Shown piece by piece: positions 9,827 through 18,113 of a stretch of DNA of 64,000 bases. A program made the position numbers and the translations under genes. The notes beneath the pieces are model-generated. The model worked only from the letters and a program-made list of their open reading frames with translations, did not search any database and had not been told where the DNA came from. Source of the stretch: Clostridia bacterium (lineage in GTDB: Bacteria > Bacillota > Clostridia > Oscillospirales > CAG-272); contig JAFTXZ010000012.1 of NCBI GenBank assembly GCA_017461385.1, positions 10,022 to 74,021 on the forward strand, in the 5' to 3' direction. Every line of letters starts with the position of its first letter. The stretch's first letter is position 1.

Positions 9827-10309
9827 TTATATTATTTTTGTATGGCTTGTAACCAATACCCCGTTGCTTGTATTTACGACTCCGTAATAGCCCTCATGAC
9901 CCACGCTCCCCGGATTAAATATATGAATTGAGCTTCCTTCAACCTCTATAATATCATCGGCAATTTGATGAGTATGACCGAAAAATACTGCATCGGCACC
10001 TAGGTCATAGGCTTTTTTTGCAAGAGCCTCGTATCTGTTGCTAGGTGGGTACAGATGGCTATGAGTTATTAGTATTTTTATGCCATCAATTGAAACCACG
10101 CGTTCATTTGGCACAGAGCCACAAAACAAATCGCAATTGCCCTTTACCTCATAAAGGGCGATATTTGTGAAATAGTCTTTTAGATAATTAAAATCAACGA
10201 TCCCATCCCCTAAGAAAATTACTGCATCAGTATTATTCTTATGAAGCTCAACGGCTCTGTACATTTTGTCAAGCTTACCGTGGGAGTCAGAAAAAACTAG
10301 GATTTTCAT
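9827..10309 (-). CDS. YfcE/MJ0936-family metallophosphoesterase
   Basis: Motifs KILVFSDSHG, LGDGIVD, GNCD, GHTH. Confidence 0.85.
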   Translation of the reverse strand: MKILVFSDSHGKLDKMYRAVELHKNNTDAVIFLGDGIVDFNYLKDYFTNIALYEVKGNCDLFCGSVPNERVVSIDGIKILITHSHLYPPSNRYEALAKKAYDLGADAVFFGHTHQIADDIIEVEGSSIHIFNPGSVGHEGYYGVVNTSNGVLVTSHTKII

Positions 10310-10377
10310 AGTATTTCTCCTGTGTCCAAATTCTTTAGTCCATCATACCATAAAAATAGCGAGAATTGGAGGTTTTT

Positions 10378-10599
10378 ATGAAAATTGATAAAAAAACTAT
10401 TGATTTACTATTAAAGCTAAACGACGATCAGCTTTGGAGTGCTATCTCACACGTTGCAAAAAAAAGTGGTAGCTCTACATTTAGCAATATGGAAAGACCG
10501 AAGGATATGAGTAAAATCAGAGCTTTGCTTTCCTCCTTAACAGATGAGCAAATAAATCAAGCTATAAGGGCATTTAAGGAGAGCAAGAAAAATGATTGA
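10378..10599 (+). CDS. Hypothetical small protein (73 aa)
   Basis: Start set at the ATG preceded by GGAGG (MKIDKK...). Its stop overlaps the start of the next ORF. Confidence 0.55.
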   Translation: MKIDKKTIDLLLKLNDDQLWSAISHVAKKSGSSTFSNMERPKDMSKIRALLSSLTDEQINQAIRAFKESKKND

Positions 10600-10996
10600 G
10601 GGAAGCTTTGAGGAAATGCTATCCTCTGTAACAAGCAACAAGGAGCTAATGAGCAAAATTTCTCAGATTGTAGATAACAAAAATGGGGAAATTAGCGACA
10701 CTCTTCCAGACGTTTTGGCTCTGTTAAGCAAGCATATTGATAAAAAAGACGACGGAGAGCAAAATAATTTACAGTCTGTGAAAAGTAAGACGGATAGCGA
10801 TGACAGGGAGGCAATTAGTTCTGGCATTTTGGATAATGGCATGGTTAAGCTAATATCTTCCCTCTGCAAAGAGATTTCTAAAAGCTCAAAGCTACTTTTG
10901 GCTATTAAGCCCTATTTAAGCAAAGGAAGGCAGGATACGATTAGCACGATACTAAAGCTTTCATCGCTTTCTAGCGTACTAAATTTGTTGGGGTAA
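10592..10996 (+). CDS. Hypothetical protein (134 aa), Ser/Asp/Lys-rich
   Basis: ORF overlaps the upstream stop by 8 nt and abuts the next ORF, consistent with translational coupling. Confidence 0.55.
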   Translation: MIEGSFEEMLSSVTSNKELMSKISQIVDNKNGEISDTLPDVLALLSKHIDKKDDGEQNNLQSVKSKTDSDDREAISSGILDNGMVKLISSLCKEISKSSKLLLAIKPYLSKGRQDTISTILKLSSLSSVLNLLG

Positions 10997-11455
10997 GTGC
11001 TTATGTTTACAAGATATAACGAGATTACCGTGCCAAAAAATTACAGTGGCACGAGATTTACAGAAAACGAGATTGAAACTAAAACTCACAGAGGCAGTAT
11101 AGTGGGTGGGAGCTCCTCTACTCCACCGAGCAATCCTAAGTCTTATGAGGAAAATTTCGATACTCCTCCTAATATTTCATCAGTTCCAGAGGAAAGCAGT
11201 CCCGTAATTGATGAGGGTGAAATATTTAATGAGGAAAATGAAAATTACATAGAAGAAGCCTCCCCAAAGGCTGGGAAGGCTTTTGAAGGCACTGATATTT
11301 TAAGTGAATTTAAGTCGGGATTGAATGGACTTTTCTCCCACTTGTCAAAGGACGATTTGCTCCTTGTTGGACTTATTCTTTTGCTCTCCGATAAAGGAGG
11401 GGAGGATAGCTTTTCGCTTATGCTTATGCTGTCCCTATTGTTATTATCAAAGTAG
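10997..11455 (+). CDS. Hypothetical protein (152 aa), acidic/Pro-Ser-rich with hydrophobic C-terminus
   Basis: ORF begins at a GTG immediately after the previous stop, or at the ATG at 11003. C-terminal segment is LLLVGLILLLS...LMLMLSLLLLSK. Confidence 0.5.
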   Translation: MLMFTRYNEITVPKNYSGTRFTENEIETKTHRGSIVGGSSSTPPSNPKSYEENFDTPPNISSVPEESSPVIDEGEIFNEENENYIEEASPKAGKAFEGTDILSEFKSGLNGLFSHLSKDDLLLVGLILLLSDKGGEDSFSLMLMLSLLLLSK

Positions 11456-11461
11456 AGCTTA

Positions 11462-12214
11462 TCAATAGACATACAAGTCTAAATATTGCTTTGTAAGCTC
11501 CATTATTGTGTCGAACAGCATCTCGGTGCTTAGGCTTGCCTCTTGAACGTTACCTATTGGTAGATAATACTTTACAACAAGCTGTTTGTTTTCAATAAAC
11601 AGCTTGTTTTTAATTCCGTACTCTTTGCATAAGCATTCCAGATAATTATATCTTACGTTTATTCTCGGGTACAATTCAAGCAGTTCCTGTGCTTGTAGAT
11701 TATCAATTATCGAGGTGTGAACACGATAGGCTGCTATACAATCTACATCGTTTTCCTCCACGCTGATAGAAATAGGATTTACAAACTCAATTTCGTTTAT
11801 TATTCCCAAGGTGATAGCATTTATAATATCCATAATTCCACGTGAAATCAACGTTGTTTCTCCATTTCTTGCCTTTAATGTAAAGGTTCTATATGCAAAA
11901 CGAACGTCGTGCAAAAGAGCCTTTATTACATCATGATAATAGTGCTCTAGATTTACACTGTCAGTATGTTTTGTAGCAAGAACACCGTCAAGGGTTTCCA
12001 TGACTCTTTTGTCCTTTTCGCTATCTGGCTCCTTTATTGCTTCCAGGAAGTCATTTTCCACTTGAAGTAGCAAGGAAACGTCCTCTGGTTCAGTAAGAGA
12101 CGGACTTTTGAAGCCATCTATTAGCTCCTCATCCTGCTTGTTATTTTGATAGTAAACGGAGCCATCCTTGTTTAGAACAAAATCTAGCTCATTTCTTTTG
12201 TCTTTGTTTTTCAT
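11462..12214 (-). CDS. Hypothetical protein (250 aa)
   Basis: Uninterrupted ORF convergent with the three small ORFs. No motif I can name. Confidence 0.55.
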   Translation of the reverse strand: MKNKDKRNELDFVLNKDGSVYYQNNKQDEELIDGFKSPSLTEPEDVSLLLQVENDFLEAIKEPDSEKDKRVMETLDGVLATKHTDSVNLEHYYHDVIKALLHDVRFAYRTFTLKARNGETTLISRGIMDIINAITLGIINEIEFVNPISISVEENDVDCIAAYRVHTSIIDNLQAQELLELYPRINVRYNYLECLCKEYGIKNKLFIENKQLVVKYYLPIGNVQEASLSTEMLFDTIMELTKQYLDLYVY

Positions 12215-12288
12215 ACTATTTTCCTTTAATTTATTGCTTTTTTATCTTCTTTATGTTAAAATTAATTATCACCCTAAGGAGGTATGAT

Positions 12289-13224
12289 ATGGAAGCGAAA
12301 TCTAATGGCTTTGTTATGCTTACAAAATTGATTGAAGAGTTCAAGCTTATGAGCATTTACTCTCCAGAAAATCTTGCTGATATTAAAATCACTCGTGCTG
12401 AAATACACCGTCCCGGTCTTCCCTTGACAGGCTTCTTTGATTATTTTGACCCAGAAAGAATTCAAATTATGGGTCGTGTAGAAACAATTTATCTTGAAAA
12501 GCTCTCCCAGAAGGAAAGATACGAAAGAATCCGTGCCTTTATGGAAAAAAAGCCAGTTTGCATAATTATTGCAAGAGACTTGACACCTTTCCCAGAAATG
12601 GTCGATATGGCAAAGGAATTTAATATTCCTTTCTTTACCACCACAATTTCCACAAACAGCTTCGTTTCCTCACTTATCGCTTCTCTTTCAGTTCACCTTG
12701 CTCCTACCATTACGCGTCATGGTGTTTTGGTCGAGGTTTATGGCTTAGGTATTCTAATGCTAGGTGATAGTGGAATTGGTAAAAGTGAAACTGCCATCGA
12801 GCTTATAAAAAGAGGTCATCGCTTGATTGCTGACGATGCCGTAGAAATAAGCAAGGTATCAGAAAAAACCCTTGTCGGCAAAGCCCCTGAAATCATTAGA
12901 TACTATATGGAGCTTCGTGGAATTGGTATTGTTGATATTCGTAGAATTTTTGGTATCGGTTCTGTTAAGGAAACCGAAAAAATTCAGCTTATCGTTAAGC
13001 TTGAGCCTTGGGTTGAGGGCAAGCTATACGATAGAATGGGTCTAGAAAACGAAAATTACAACCTTTTAGGCATTGATATTCCATCCATCACAATTCCTGT
13101 TAGACCTGGTAGAAACCTTGCAGTAATACTCGAAATTGCGGCTATGAATGCAAGATTAAAGCTACAAGGCTACAACACTGCTGAGGAATTTAACAAAAAG
13201 CTCGAACAAATTTATAAAATGTAA
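12289..13224 (+). CDS. hprK: HPr kinase/phosphorylase
   Basis: P-loop GDSGIGKSETAIELIKRGHRLIADD and the signature region ...MELRGIGIVDIR. Start set at the ATG 6 nt after AAGGAGG. Confidence 0.93.
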   Translation: MEAKSNGFVMLTKLIEEFKLMSIYSPENLADIKITRAEIHRPGLPLTGFFDYFDPERIQIMGRVETIYLEKLSQKERYERIRAFMEKKPVCIIIARDLTPFPEMVDMAKEFNIPFFTTTISTNSFVSSLIASLSVHLAPTITRHGVLVEVYGLGILMLGDSGIGKSETAIELIKRGHRLIADDAVEISKVSEKTLVGKAPEIIRYYMELRGIGIVDIRRIFGIGSVKETEKIQLIVKLEPWVEGKLYDRMGLENENYNLLGIDIPSITIPVRPGRNLAVILEIAAMNARLKLQGYNTAEEFNKKLEQIYKM

Positions 13225-13233
13225 TTATAAAAC

Positions 13234-13268
13234 AAAGGGTCTGTCATTTAGTTGACAGACCTTTTTTG
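13234..13268. terminator. Intrinsic terminator after hprK (bidirectional shape)
   Basis: Hairpin GGTCTGTCA-tttagt-TGACAGACC followed by TTTTTT. Confidence 0.85.
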
Positions 13269-13294
13269 TTCTTTTGTTTTCACTAGAAGAAGCT

Positions 13295-13549
13295 TTAGCT
13301 TTTAGTTGATAAGCCCTTTTTGTTGTCGTCTTCTGCTGGAACATATTCAAGTATATCGCCAATTGAACAATTCAATGCATAGCAAATTCTTGCTAGAACG
13401 TCAGTATCTATCCTAGTAACTTGATTTCTGCAATATTTATTAATTTGTGTGCGTTCCATTTCAGCCACATGAGATAATTTATTTTTACTGATTTCGTTCT
13501 TTTCAAGATATTCTTCTAATTTTACTACAATTTTTCCTACCTTATTCAT
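13295..13549 (-). CDS. XRE-family helix-turn-helix transcriptional regulator
   Basis: 84 aa from the ATG preceded by AGGTGG. HTH segment is LSHVAEMERTQINKYCRNQ..., with a typical ...LARICYALNCSIGDILEY tail. Confidence 0.75.
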   Translation of the reverse strand: MNKVGKIVVKLEEYLEKNEISKNKLSHVAEMERTQINKYCRNQVTRIDTDVLARICYALNCSIGDILEYVPAEDDNKKGLSTKS

Positions 13550-13608
13550 AAATACTACCACCTAAATTTAATTAACTAAGTTTAGTATATACAAGTTGCA
13601 GGGAAAAA

Positions 13609-13671
13609 GTAAGATGTAAGAAGTTATGTGCAACTTCTTACATCTAACTTCTTACATCTAACTTCTTACAC
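13609..13671. promoter_or_regulatory. Iteron/palindrome cluster upstream of the XRE gene (candidate operator)
   Basis: Perfect 13-bp-arm palindrome GATGTAAGAAGTT-atgtgc-AACTTCTTACATC. It is followed by two further direct copies of TAACTTCTTACA(T)C at 14-bp spacing (13645, 13659). Confidence 0.6.
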
Positions 13672-13737
13672 CCCCCTAACAAAAAAAACATGGCTAAAAG
13701 GCGATGTATAAAGTATGTGCTAGGGTTTAATTTGTAT

Positions 13738-13778
13738 AAAAAAAGCAAGGCTTGGAATAATCCAAGCCTTGCTTTTTT
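13738..13778. terminator. Strong bidirectional hairpin terminator downstream of alpha-galactosidase
   Basis: 11-bp stem GCAAGGCTTGG-aataat-CCAAGCCTTGC flanked by an A-run and a T-run. Confidence 0.85.
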
Positions 13779-13785
13779 ATTTAGC

Positions 13786-13985
13786 ATTGTCCTTTAAGCA
13801 CAGGTTTATGCTATGAATATACGAAATTGTCCTTTAAGCACAGGTTTATGCTATGAATATACGAAATTGTCCTTCAAGCATTAGTTTATGCTATGAATAT
13901 TTAGAATCGTCCTTCAAGCATTAGTTTATGCTATGAATATGTGGAATTGTCCTTTAAGTATTGGTTTTTATGCTTCGGTTATGTG
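13786..13985. repeat. 40-bp tandem repeat, 4 full copies plus a fifth that merges into the 3' end of the alpha-galactosidase gene
   Basis: Units start at 13786, 13826, 13866, 13906 and 13946. Copies 1 and 2 are identical (ATTGTCCTTTAAGCACAGGTTTATGCTATGAATATACGAA). Copies 3 and 4 share variant bases. The fifth copy contains the real stop codon. Confidence 0.9.
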
Positions 13986-16169
13986 GAATAGCCTTGATGG
14001 ATATGTAAAGAAATCATAAGGAATCTTGAAGCCTATGTTCATAAGGGCTGCTCCACTGTATACTTGCTCCTCGCCATTTATTCTGTACCACTTATCCTCG
14101 TTAAGTCCCTTAACTCTTAAAAATTCGGGAGCTGTTGCTGCATCCGTCTCATATCTTACTGTACAAACAAGCGCCTCACTACCATCGGGTTTTACGGTTT
14201 CCCAAGCGCAAAACAGACTTTCTTCAGGGGTAAATGGAGATAGCAGACGATAATAGTCTCCTCTTTGAATTAGCTCGTAATATTTCTTAAATTCCTCAAT
14301 TTGACGGGCAATCTCTGCCTTTTCCTCATCAGTCATTTTTGTAACGTCAAGCTCAAGTCCGTAGGTTCCAAAGTATGCAACGTTTCCTCTTGTTTTAAGA
14401 GGTGTAATTCTTGCGTTTTGGTGGTTTGGACAGGTAGAAACGTGAGCTCCCATGGCTGAAACCGGATACGCAAACGAGGTTCCATATTGAATTTTCAATC
14501 TATCAATGGCGTCAGAGTTGTCACTGGTCCATACCTGTGGCATATAATATAGCATACCACAGTCAAAGCGACCTCCACCACCTGAGCAGCTTTCAAATAA
14601 TATATCGGGATATTGTGTTGTAATTCTTTCAAGCAGATCATATAAGCCAAGCACATATCTATGGTAAACCTCGCCTTGCTTTTCTGCCGGCAAATCAATG
14701 CTATAAAGGTCTGTTATGTGTCTATTGAAGTCCCATTTTACATAAGAAATATTTGCACTATCAAGAACCTTTACCAATTGGTTATAAATGTTATCTACTA
14801 CTTCCTTGCGTGAAAAATCAAGCACATATTGTTGTCTTGAAATCTGTGGGGCACGATTTGGCATTTTGAAGGCATAGTCAGGATGTGCACGGTACAGGTC
14901 ACTATCCTCTGAAATACACTCAGGCTCAAACCAAATACCAAACATCATACCCTCATTATTTATTCTTTGTGATAGCTCCATAAGAGTGCCCTGAAGCTTA
15001 TTTTCGTTTGGACTCCAGTCACCGAGTGCACACCAGTCGTTATCTCTTGCTCCAAACCAACCATCATCCATAACGAACAGTTCAACGCCCATTTTCTTAG
15101 CCTCATGCGCCATAGCTACAAGCTTATCGGCATTAAAATCAAAATAGGTGCCCTCCCAGTTGTTAATAAGGATTGGTCTTCTAGCATTTTTGAACTTGCC
15201 ACGGCAAAGGTTATTTCTAATTGCCTTATGGAAGCAGTTTGACATTTTTGCAAAGCCCTCATTACTATAAACCATAGCAACCTCGGGACAGGTGAACATA
15301 TCCTGTGGTTCAATTTCAAAGCTAAAGTTTTCGTTGTTAATACCAGCTACGACTCTCGTTCTTTCCCATTGATCCTTCTCTGCACTTATTTTGAAGTTAC
15401 CACTATATACAAGGGCAATTCCCCAAGCACTTCCGTGGTCCTCGTTTGCATCCTTATCGGCTATCACAACAAATGGATTTTCATGGTGAGATGACGCGCC
15501 ACGAACGCTTTCCACGCTTGTTTGTGCGTGATTTATTCTCGTTCTCTCAAGCATTCTTTCCCTTGTATGTCTGCCGTGAAAATAAAGCATATCATAGCTA
15601 CCGCAAGGTAATTCAAGATTAAGGGTCATTGCTTTTTCAAGCTTGATTGAATTTTTCTCCTTGTTTTCAACAACCACGCTACGTGTAATTAAATCGTATT
15701 CCTCAAATACGCCATAATATAAATGGAAATAAACATCATATACTGTGTCCTTTAACGTAATTACAAGTGTTTCAGCCTCGTCACCATAAAACGCAGGCAT
15801 TCCCTTTAGTGAATACTTGCCCTTTTCTTTTCTTGCAGATACAAATTTCGGCTCACAGCCAAGCGTACCATCAGCATTTCTTACTGACATTGCCGTAAGT
15901 CGAAAATCACCATTTCCTGAAAAGGAAATTTCCTCACTAATATGGTTATAGGAATAATTAGTATACTTTGTCTTTTTACAAGCTATTGGGTTTGGAGAAA
16001 ATGCAGGAATATCAGTGCACTCTACATAATAATGAAGGTCAGAATATTCCATTCTTTTGCCGTAATAGGTATGTATCAATGTGTCAAGCTCATCAATCTT
16101 CATTTGATACATTGAATTTTTGGTGTACAGAGTATAGGTTTTATCTGCACTATTGATTATAATCGCCAT
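13968..16169 (-). CDS. Alpha-galactosidase, glycoside hydrolase family 36
   Basis: 733-aa ORF with GH36 hallmarks ...YVKWDFNR... and ...ESCSGGGGRFD..., plus FVMDDGWF. Confidence 0.9.
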   Translation of the reverse strand: MAIIINSADKTYTLYTKNSMYQMKIDELDTLIHTYYGKRMEYSDLHYYVECTDIPAFSPNPIACKKTKYTNYSYNHISEEISFSGNGDFRLTAMSVRNADGTLGCEPKFVSARKEKGKYSLKGMPAFYGDEAETLVITLKDTVYDVYFHLYYGVFEEYDLITRSVVVENKEKNSIKLEKAMTLNLELPCGSYDMLYFHGRHTRERMLERTRINHAQTSVESVRGASSHHENPFVVIADKDANEDHGSAWGIALVYSGNFKISAEKDQWERTRVVAGINNENFSFEIEPQDMFTCPEVAMVYSNEGFAKMSNCFHKAIRNNLCRGKFKNARRPILINNWEGTYFDFNADKLVAMAHEAKKMGVELFVMDDGWFGARDNDWCALGDWSPNENKLQGTLMELSQRINNEGMMFGIWFEPECISEDSDLYRAHPDYAFKMPNRAPQISRQQYVLDFSRKEVVDNIYNQLVKVLDSANISYVKWDFNRHITDLYSIDLPAEKQGEVYHRYVLGLYDLLERITTQYPDILFESCSGGGGRFDCGMLYYMPQVWTSDNSDAIDRLKIQYGTSFAYPVSAMGAHVSTCPNHQNARITPLKTRGNVAYFGTYGLELDVTKMTDEEKAEIARQIEEFKKYYELIQRGDYYRLLSPFTPEESLFCAWETVKPDGSEALVCTVRYETDAATAPEFLRVKGLNEDKWYRINGEEQVYSGAALMNIGFKIPYDFFTYPSRLFHITEA

Positions 16170-16261
16170 TGGACTCTCTCCTTATAATGTTCTTAGTGAA
16201 AGTATATCATATAAGATACTTATTTTCAATAATACTTATTGCATTTTTCTACATTTTTTAT

Positions 16262-16300
16262 ATAAAAAAGGTGTCTACCAAAAGGTAGGCACCTTGTTTT
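16262..16300 (-). terminator. Intrinsic terminator of solute-binding protein gene
   Basis: Hairpin AGGTGTCTACC-aaaa-GGTAGGCACCT with a T-run on the minus strand. Confidence 0.8.
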
Positions 16301-16304
16301 ATAA

Positions 16305-17903
16305 TTATTTTCCGCCCTTCCAGTTGCTGTTCCATTCTGTTAGGATTGCAGCTGCGTTTTCATATACGCCGTCATAAGCTGTTTCAAACTTATTTTCATC
16401 ACCAGAGAAGGAGTCGTTTTGAACGCTTGTCATCAAGCCATCCCAACCATGCATGTATCCAACGTCATAGCAAAGATTTGGAAATACATAGTCAGTAATT
16501 ATTTTTAGGGTATCGCCTTTAGTCTTGTAGTCGGATACCTTTGTTGCAAGGTCTGCATAGTAGCCCTCGCCATTTGTCTCTCTTTCACCATCTTCATTTA
16601 CAGTGTAACCCATAATGTATTCTTGTCCTGTCCATGAAAGAACGTCAAGGAAGTATGTTGACATTCTCTTTGATGGAGTTGTCTTAGGAACACACAAGAG
16701 TGCTGATTGATATGTACATGGTGAGTAGTAGCTTTCTTGGTCCGCATTAACCTTAGGCATTGGAAGTACACCAATCTTCAAGTTAGCAGTTTGCTTAATT
16801 TGGTCAAACTTTTGTACAACCTCATCGTAGAATAGAAGTCTTCCGTCACCAAAAGCCTTCTCCATTGCACCGTAGCCACCCTCCCAGGATGTACGAGCAT
16901 ATTCTGCCTTTCTAATATCGATAAGCTTATCTACGATACCATTATTGTTGTTAAGGCTGATTTGATATTCACCTGTTACGCTATTAACAGTAACCTGCTG
17001 AATACCAGTTGCCTGGAAGTAGTGTGCAAGACCTGTTGCAGCAAAGCCATAGGTATCAGCATCTGTCATACCAGTTTTACCATCTGTATCACCGAAGAAG
17101 TCGGTTCTACGAGCATAGGAAAGCATTTCGTCGATTGTCCATTCGCCATTTTCAACCTTTCTGTAAAGGTTTGTGAGAATGTTAGCATTCTCAAGCATAG
17201 CGATGTTGAAGAAAATCAGATGTGAGGTCTGCTCATCAAGGAATGAGAAGTCGCCTGCTACATAATATGTATTTCCAGCAACAGAATAAGACTCACGTGC
17301 AATTTGGCTGAAATATGACTTATTCAAATCGATGCTTGGGCTATTTGCAAGGTTAAATAGACACTTGTTTCCTACAAGAGTCTGTGCCTCATGCATACGT
17401 GGCATAGCAATGTGATATTTCTCACCTGCTGGGTTAGCCATGTTTTCTGTGATTATGTTAGAAATCATATTATCCTTGCTATTTGTCCATTGAAGATCAA
17501 CACCATAAACCTCTTTGATAAGCTTTTGTCTCTTAATCATAGATGTGTTGATAATTCTACCGAAGCCTAAATCAAGTGCCTCTGTAGCAGCAAGCTGTTC
17601 GTCGTCATAGGACATGTATTCCTTCATATCCTCTGCCTTGATTGTCAATTCAGCTTGTGACCATGGTGCAGCTGGGTCAGCGCCACGGGTCCATACTGTT
17701 GCGAGTATTTTAAGTGTTTTTCCGTCCCACTCTTTTGTTCTTTCAGCATCATCCTTTAGATATTCATCTCTTGAATTGATAGAACCAACTGGAAGCGTAT
17801 AATCTTCATCATCGTTATTAACAGTTGATCCGCCACCATCACAAGAAGCGATGCATGGAAGAAGCATTAGTGCAACGAGCAATAATGCGAAAATCTTTTT
17901 CAT
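16305..17903 (-). CDS. Extracellular solute-binding lipoprotein (ABC carbohydrate-type, large family)
   Basis: Signal peptide plus lipobox (LLVALMLLPCIASC). 532-aa SBP-like body. No permease or ATPase genes are adjacent. Confidence 0.7.
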   Translation of the reverse strand: MKKIFALLLVALMLLPCIASCDGGGSTVNNDDEDYTLPVGSINSRDEYLKDDAERTKEWDGKTLKILATVWTRGADPAAPWSQAELTIKAEDMKEYMSYDDEQLAATEALDLGFGRIINTSMIKRQKLIKEVYGVDLQWTNSKDNMISNIITENMANPAGEKYHIAMPRMHEAQTLVGNKCLFNLANSPSIDLNKSYFSQIARESYSVAGNTYYVAGDFSFLDEQTSHLIFFNIAMLENANILTNLYRKVENGEWTIDEMLSYARRTDFFGDTDGKTGMTDADTYGFAATGLAHYFQATGIQQVTVNSVTGEYQISLNNNNGIVDKLIDIRKAEYARTSWEGGYGAMEKAFGDGRLLFYDEVVQKFDQIKQTANLKIGVLPMPKVNADQESYYSPCTYQSALLCVPKTTPSKRMSTYFLDVLSWTGQEYIMGYTVNEDGERETNGEGYYADLATKVSDYKTKGDTLKIITDYVFPNLCYDVGYMHGWDGLMTSVQNDSFSGDENKFETAYDGVYENAAAILTEWNSNWKGGK

Positions 17904-18053
17904 TAGTTACCTCCTATATTTTTTTATTTTTCGCTGTATCTATTATACTATACACTTACGTAAAAATCAATATTATTTATATATTTTTCTGTAATATTAG
18001 TTAAATTTTGTATGAATTTTATTCAGAATTTACAAAAGCAACACATTTTATTT

Positions 18054-18094
18054 GCAAAAAAAGAAAGGGAAACGAAAAAATCGCTTCCCTTTTT
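18054..18094 (-). terminator. Intrinsic terminator of gdhA
   Basis: Minus-strand hairpin GGGAAGCG-attttttc-GTTTCCC followed by TTTCTTTTTTT. Confidence 0.7.
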
Positions 18095-18113
18095 GTAAAT
18101 ATAATTCTAAGTA

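Noticed and set aside
13786-13985. Possible CRISPR array (regular ~40-bp repeats)
   Set aside because: The units are directly contiguous with no unique spacers. They are decayed copies of the adjacent gene's 3' end, and no cas genes are present.
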